Below are positions 57,067 through 64,000 of a DNA stretch of 64,000 bases, piece after piece (the stretch's first letter is position 1; the number at the start of each line of letters is the position of its first letter). Under the pieces are notes generated by a model. The model was not told the DNA's origin. It saw only the letters and a list, made by a program, of their open reading frames with translations, and did no database searches. Source of the stretch: Macrostomum hystrix (taxonomy: Eukaryota > Animalia > Platyhelminthes); assembly GCA_950097015.1 (NCBI GenBank), contig CATNEN010000007.1, positions 12,710,001-12,774,000 of the forward strand. The letters run 5' to 3'. A program made the translations under genes and the position numbers.

Positions 57067-60000
57067 ATGCGCTGGCGCTACCTGAAGTACTATTTGCCTG
57101 TCTTCTTCCTGCTGCTGTTCCTGTTCTACAACATGCTGGACCGCTCCGTCCCCACCGACTCAAGCCAGATCTCACAGTCTGACCTGGCCAACATGGAGGA
57201 GCAGGTGCGAAAGTTTGAGTCGCAGCTCAAGCTGACCCGCGAGGCCCTCCGCCTCATCCGAGAGGCTGTGCAGGAGATCACGGCCGGCCGGTCAGGCAAC
57301 GCCAAGATCGATCGCCTGCTCGCCTTCCTCAACGCCAACGGCGAGCTGGCGGCGGGCAACGCCGCTCTGGCCGATCTGCACGGAGCACTCAAAGGCGCTC
57401 TGGAGCCGCCTCCGGGAGCCGGTGCTGCGGCTCAGCTTCCGCAGCAGCAGCAGCAGCTGCCCCTGCCGCAGCTAGCGGTGAACGGCTTGAGCACCTGCCC
57501 GGCGCCATGGTCCGCCCTGCTGAGCCGCCAGTACCGGGCAGACCTGCCTATGTCCCGCCTGTACAGCGAGATCAGCTTCGATAATCCAGATGGCGGGCCT
57601 TGGAAACAGGTGAGCACGGCGGCTCTGGGATTCCTCTGTGAACTGAGGAGTCTGTCTTGTCCCAAACCAAACAGTACGTGACTGCTTGGCTTTAGCTGCT
57701 TGGAATCGCTTCTTCAATGGGCACTCAAACCCCCCCCCCCCGATTCCCCAGGGCTGGCAGGTGACCTTCGATCCGAGGCGATTCACGCCGGCCAACAAGC
57801 TGCGCGTGATCGTGGTGCCGCACAGCCACAATGACCCCGGCTGGCGCAAGACCTACGAGGAGTACTACCGCACTGAGACTGTCCACCTGCTCAATGGCAT
57901 GCTCAGCAGCCTTCCCGCCATGCCCCGCATGACCTTCATCTATGCAGAGGTGTCCTTCCTGTCCATGTGGTGGTCTGAGCTGTCCATGCAGCAGCGGGAC
58001 AGCGTCAAGTCGCTGATCCAGTCCGGCCGCCTGGAGATCGTGAGCGGCGGCTGGGTCATGCCGGACGAGGCCAACAGCCACTACTTCGCTCTGGTGGACC
58101 AGCTGATCGAGGGCCACCAATGGCTGGAGAAGCACATCGGCGTGAAGCCCAACTCGTCCTGGCAGATCGATCCGTTCGGCCACTCCAGCAGCCTGTCCTA
58201 CATCTACCGCAAGGCCGGCTTCCGGCGCCAGCTGGTACAGCGGGTGCACTACTCGGTGAAAAAGCGCCTGGCTCGCCAGCACCAGCTCGAGTTCCGCTGG
58301 AAGCAGCTGTGGGACCCCCAGACTGCCGAGCCCGGCTCCGACATCCTCTGCCACATGATGCCCTTCTACAGCTATGACATCCCGCACACCTGCGGCCCGG
58401 ATCCCAAAATCTGCTGCCAGTTCGACTTCCACCGCCTGCCCGGCGGCGCCGTCACTTGCCCCTGGCACGTGCCGCCGCAGCAAATCAGCGACGCCAACGT
58501 GGCCTCCAGGGCCGAGGCGCTGCTGGACCAGTACAAGAAGAAGGCCAGCCTTTTCGGCACCAATGTGCTGCTGGTGCCGCTGGGTGACGACTTCCGCTAC
58601 CAGGGCCAGGAGTGGCAGCGCCAGTACGAGAACTACGACAAGCTCATGGCCTACATCAACGGCCGCGCCGACTGGAATGCCAACGTCAAGTTCGGCACGC
58701 TGTCTGAGTACTTCGACCTGCTATCTGCTCAGAATGCCAGCTTCCCTTCACTAACAGGTGCGGCCTGTTAAACTGCTGTGCCCTGCCAGTCTGCACTGTC
58801 AAATCTTACCCACCTCACAATTTTCCCTCCCATCTCATCGCCTTTGTAGGCGACTTCTTCACCTACGCGGACCGCGACGACCACTACTGGAGCGGCTACT
58901 ACACCAGCCGGCCCTTCCATAAGCGCATGGAGCGCACCCTGGAGCATTCGCTGCGCTGCGCTGAGCTGCTCTTCACCTACGCCATCGGCCGCGCGCAGCG
59001 AAGCCACCGACGGCCCGCACTCAAACCCGCGCACCTGTTTGAGTCACTCACCACTGCCAGGTAGGCTGCAGCCTGCCATTTTTAATGCCTCCTAGACTGT
59101 CACTCTGAGCTGCATACGCTGTCACTCTAAGCTACATGGTCTGTCACTCTGAGCTGTACGCCTTATCACTCTAAGCTGCATAGACTGTCACTCTGAGCTG
59201 CATACGCTGTCACTCTAAGCTACATGGTCTGTCACATTTAACTGCATACTCTGTCACTCTGAGCTGCATACGCTGTCACTCTAAGCTACATGGTCTGTCA
59301 CATTGAGCTGCATACCGGGTCACTGAGCTGTCACTCATACCCAGCCATTCTTAATACCTCCGTCACTCTGAGCTGCTTACCCTATCACTCATTATTATAC
59401 CATGGGCATTCTTAATGCCCACCCAGGTTTTTTAAATTTTTTTGAAGTGCAACACATTAAGCGCCTGAATGTGTTGACTGCATCTCAGGCCTATTCAAAG
59501 TCATCTTTCATTGCCGGTGCAAATCCCTCATTCGCATCCGCAGACGAAGCCTCGGCTTGTTCCAGCACCACGACGGCATCACGGGTACCGCCAAGGACGC
59601 AGTGGTGATTGACTACGGCCAGAAGCTGCTGACCGCGCTGGCCAAGGCCCGCCTGGTGATGCGACGCTCCGCCCAGTTCCTCCTGCTGCCCGCCACCTAC
59701 AGCTCCGAGTCCCCCGAGCTGCTCGCCGACTTCGAGTCCCGCGAACGGCACGACGCCCTGCCTGAGCCAAACGTCATCGACATCCGCTCCGGCGGCAGCG
59801 CCCGCATTGTCGTTATCTTCAACCCCTTGACTCGAGTTCGCAAGGAAGTGGTTCGCATGGTTGTCAATGACGCCCAAGTTGTTGTCAAGGATCATGAAGG
59901 CAAGGAGCTGCCAGCCCAGCTGCTGCCGCAGTTTACGGCCGACTGGTCTAGCATTCGCACTGACTGCTTCGGCTTCGCTGTGCTGCTTCGCCTGGAGCCT

Positions 60001-61370
60001 CTGTCACTCACCCGCCTGTTGATCAGCCGCGGTGCCAGCACCGGCCTGACAGTCTCCAGCCTCGCCCACACCGGCAGCGGAAACCCCCTGCAGGCGCCAG
60101 CCCCGTTCTCTGCGGCCACTCGACCGAGCAAGCTGAGCCTGGAGTCCGACCACCTCAGTGTCGAATTCGACCCCGCCACCGGCCTCCCAACAGAACTGAG
60201 CAACAAGAAGCTCGGCGGCCGCCACTTGCCGCTGAACGTCAAACTTTTTACTTACGGCGCCCGCGGTGGAGGCGAGCGCAGCGGCGCCTACCTGTTCCTG
60301 CCTGACGGGCCCGGCCAGCCCGCGGCCGACCAGCCCGGCCCCGTCACCAAGGTGTCCGGCCCGCTTGTGTCCGAAGTGCACCGCCAGGGCCGCTTCGCCC
60401 GCACCGTCACGCGGCTCTACGCGAATCCGGACTCGGCGCAGGGCGCCGCCCTGGAGTTCGAGAACCTCGCCGACGTGCGCGGCAACTCAAATCTGGAGGT
60501 GGCTGTTAGGCTAGACACAGGTCTCGGCCAGCGGACCTTCTACTCGGACATCAACTGCCTGCAGCTGGCTAAGCGCATCTATTGGGACAAGCTCCCGTTG
60601 CAGGCCAATGTCTATCCCATGCCTTGCCAGGCCTTCATGCAGGTAAGAGGCTGTTGTGTTTTTCGGTCTTATGAATCTGTTGTGTGCATCAGTCTGTTAT
60701 CCACGCCTTTGAAACTCCCCTCACCTCCATGCAGTCCAACGGAGTTCGCCTCTCGGTGGTTGCAGCCCAGCCCATGGGGGTGCACAGCCCAGCCAGTGGC
60801 AGTCTGGAGCTATTCCTGGACCGCACCCTGGCACAGGATGACGGCCTTGGCCTGGCTCAGGGCGTAGCCGACAACCGACCAACCCCCAGCGCCTTCCGCC
60901 TGCTGCTGGAGTCCGCCTCCGGCCCAGCCGATGCCGACGGAGACCTCGGCTTCCCCAGCGCACTGGCCACCCTAAGCCTGGACGCGCTGCTGCATCCGCC
61001 CGTGTCCATGAGCTCCGCCCGGCCGGCTGCGGACACCGAGCTGACCGGCTCCCCCGGCCGTTTAGCGCTCACTCCGTCTGCCGGCCTGCCCTGCGATCTG
61101 CACCTGCTCAACCTGCGCACCCTGCACAATGAGCGCACGGCCCAGCTGGCCCTGCATAGGCGCGGCGTCACCTGCGCCTTCCCCCTCACCACCGACGAGT
61201 GCCGCGTTGCAGCCTCCGCCTCCGTGCCCCTGGCCGGCCTCTTCTCCGACCTTTCGCTGCTGTCCGCCCGACGGAAGTCGCTCAGCCTGCTATACGACTA
61301 CGGGCCGATCAACGAGGCTCTGACTGTGGCGCCCATGGAAATTGAGACCGCGGAGGTGGAGCTGGGCTGA
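57067..61370 (+). CDS. MAN2A1: Golgi alpha-mannosidase II (GH38), ~1164 aa; exons 57067-57609, 57752-58757, 58850-59060, 59544-60642, 60735-61370
   Basis: N-terminal type II TM and stem; [95 protein letters not shown]. Phases consistent, total 3495 nt. Confidence 0.95.
59096..59390. repeat. Degenerate ~22-bp repeat (CTGTCACTCTGAGCTGCATA..) in mannosidase intron 3
   Basis: Imperfect tandem units. Confidence 0.8.
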
Positions 61371-62121
61371 GCTGGGCTGGGCTGCCCCGGTGCAGCAGGC
61401 ATTTCTTTTTCCTCTGCCCACACCTCCGATAGGGTCAGTCCCTGACACATGACTCAGATCGGGTCAAAAAATGCCACTACAATTCAGTAGCTATTTGTTG
61501 TTATCTTTCTTGAGCGAAGCGTTACAAAAATTAAAATTTAGTTTTTTTTTCTATTTGCTCTGCTGCAGCTAATATGGCACGAGTATTTACTATTCAAATG
61601 TACACTCTAGTATTGATCGGTCCCCGTTTGTCTGCTGCACCCCAGATTGCCTTGGTTTTTGTTCATTTTTAGTACTATTTCCTTGGGCCGGTTCGCTGTT
61701 GTTTTGACCTCTATTTCACCTGCTCCCGCCTGACACGCCTGTCCGTGCCAAACTGCTCGGCCTCAGCAATTGTCTACCCTGAGCCACAGCAAGCTGGGCT
61801 CCACAATCTGAGCTTTTCTTCTTTGCTGCCTTGTCTCTGTGTACTTTGCGTACCTAGCGTTAATTATCACCTGCTGCTTCTGTAATTAGCTGTGCTTTTT
61901 GCCTGCCTTTTAACCTTTTTGAAGCCGAAAGTGGCATAGATTCCTTGTTGACTAAATTACTTGTTGATTATATTGCAGTCCATGCAGATGTGGCTTTGAG
62001 CCTAGCAATACAACACTTCGTTCGATGAGTCACAGATGTGACAGCAGTGACATGCTTGTGGGCCACTTGCCTTTGTATTTTCATTTCACACATTTTCTCA
62101 TTAATTTCTAGGTTTGATTAT

Positions 62122-63822
62122 GACTCTCAGATGTAGTAAAGACTCAGGTGCAGCAGGGACTCTCAGATGCAGCAGGGACTCTCAGATGCAGCAGGGACTC
62201 TCAGATGCAGCAGGGACTCTCAGATGCAGCAGGGACTCTCAGATGCAGCAGGGACTCTCAGATGCAGCAGGGACTCTCAGATGCAGCAGGGACTCTCAGA
62301 TGCAGCAGGGACTCTCAGATGCAGCAGGGACTCTCAGATGCAGCAGGGACTCTCAGATGCAGCAGGGACTCTCAGATGCAGCAGGGACTCTCAGATGCAG
62401 CAGGGACTCTCAGATGCAGCAGGGACTCTCAGGTGCAGCAGGGACTCTCAGATGCAGCAAGGACTCTCAGGTGCAGCAGGGACTCTCAGATGCAGCAGGG
62501 ACTCTCAGATGCAGCAGGGACTCTCAGATGCAGCAGGGACTCTCAGGTGCAGCAGGGACTCTCAGATGCAGCAGGGACTCTCAGGTGGAGCAGGGACTCT
62601 CAGATGCAGCAGGGACTCTCAGATGCAGCAGGGACTCTCAGGTGCAGCAGGGACTCTCAGGTGGAGCAGGGACTCTCAGGTGCAGCAGGGACTCTCAGGT
62701 GCAGCAGGGACTCTCAGATGCAGCAGGGACTCTCAGGTGCAGCAGGGACTCTCAGATGCAGCAGGGACTCTCAGGTGGAGCAGGGACTCTCAGGTGCAGC
62801 AGGGACTCTCAGATGCAGCAGGGACTCTCAGGCGCAGCAGGGACTCTCAGGTGCAGCAGGGACTCTCAGGTGCAGCAGGGACTCTCAGATGCAGCAGGGA
62901 CTCTCAGGTGGAGCAGGGACTCTCAGGTGGAGCAGGGACTCTCAGATGCAGCAGGGACTCTCAGGTGCAGCAGGGACTCTCAGGTGGAGCAGGCCGACTC
63001 TCAGGTGCAGCAGGGACTCTCAGGTGCAGCAGGGACTCTCAGGTGCAGCAGGGACTCTCAGGTGCAGCAGGGACTCTCAGATGCAGCAGGGACTCTCAGG
63101 TGGAGCAGGGACTCTCAGGTGGAGCAGGGACTCTCAGATGCAGCAGGGACTCTCAGATGCAGCAGGGACTCTCAGGTGCAGCAGGGACTCTCAGATGCAG
63201 CAGGGACTCTCAGGTGCAGCAGGGACTCTCAGATGCAGCAGGGACTCTCAGGTGCAGCAGGGACTCTCAGATGCAGCAGGGACTCTCAGGTGGAGCAGGG
63301 ACTCTCAGGTGCAGCAGGGACTCTCAGATGCAGCAGGGACTCTCAGGTGCAGCAGGGACTCTCAGGTGCAGCAGGGACTCTCAGGTGCAGCAGGGACTCT
63401 CAGATGCAGCAGGGACTCTCAGGTGGAGCAGGGACTCTCAGGTGGAGCAGGGACTCTCAGATGCAGCAGGGACTCTCAGGTGCAGCAGGGACTCTCAGGT
63501 GGAGCAGGCCGACTCTCAGGTGCAGCAGGGACTCTCAGGTGCAGCAGGGACTCTCAGGTGCAGCAGGGACTCTCAGGTGCAGCAGGGACTCTCAGATGCA
63601 GCAGGGACTCTCAGGTGGAGCAGGGACTCTCAGGTGGAGCAGGGACTCTCAGATGCAGCAGGGACTCTCAGGTGCAGCAGGGACTCTCAGGTGGAGCAGG
63701 CCGACTCTCAGGTGGAGCAGGGACTCTCAGATGTAGTAAAGACTCAGGTGCAGCAGGGACTCTCAGATGCAGCAGGGACTCTCAGATGTAGTAAAAACTC
63801 TCAGGTGCAGCAGGAACTCTCA
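62122..63822. repeat. 19-bp minisatellite (GACTCTCAGATGCAGCAGG), ~89 copies
   Basis: Visible tandem array with A/G and C/G variant units. Confidence 0.97.
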
Positions 63823-63835
63823 TCGCTTTGCTTGC

Positions 63836-64000
63836 AGGGACTCTCATAGCTCTCACGGAGGCTCTCATTGCTCTCACAGGGACTCTCAAAGCTCTCACAG
63901 GGACTCTCCTGGCTCTCACAGAGACTCTCATAGATTTCACAGGGACTCTCATAGCTCTCACAGGGACTCTCATAGCTCTCACAGGGACTCTCATAGCTCT
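63836..64000. repeat. 21-bp minisatellite (CAGGGACTCTCATAGCTCTCA), runs off the window
   Basis: Visible tandem array sharing a CAGGGACTCTC core with the 19-mer array. Confidence 0.9.

Noticed and set aside
62114-63849. Three 540-560 aa ORFs
   Set aside because: Artefacts of a stop-free 19-bp satellite open in all three frames.

Overview
Eukaryotic (animal) genomic DNA: GT-AG introns, GC-rich exons, AT-rich intergenic tracts and many 19-60 bp minisatellites. The style resembles a free-living flatworm such as Macrostomum, but that is inference only. Genes reconstructed by hand with phase-consistent splice sites: (1) a 9-exon gene (1060-10404, +) fusing a TIR domain to a two-TM TMEM268/DUF4481-like module, the most unusual item here; (2) a single-exon 2666-aa ATM kinase; (3) a 2-exon ADIP/SSX2IP-like coiled-coil protein (-); (4) a possible small orphan ORF; (5) a 3-exon CNPase (P-loop kinase plus 2H phosphoesterase) lacking the vertebrate CAAX but carrying an N-terminal MG..C..C; (6) an intronless FaNaC-like DEG/ENaC channel with a polyQ tail and C-terminal ETTL (-); (7) THOC3; (8) Golgi alpha-mannosidase II. 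Mobile DNA comprises a decayed mariner, a matching 119-bp MITE, a LINE RT fragment and several non-autonomous TIR elements, one of which seeded a minisatellite. All family assignments come from remembered motifs; no searches were run.
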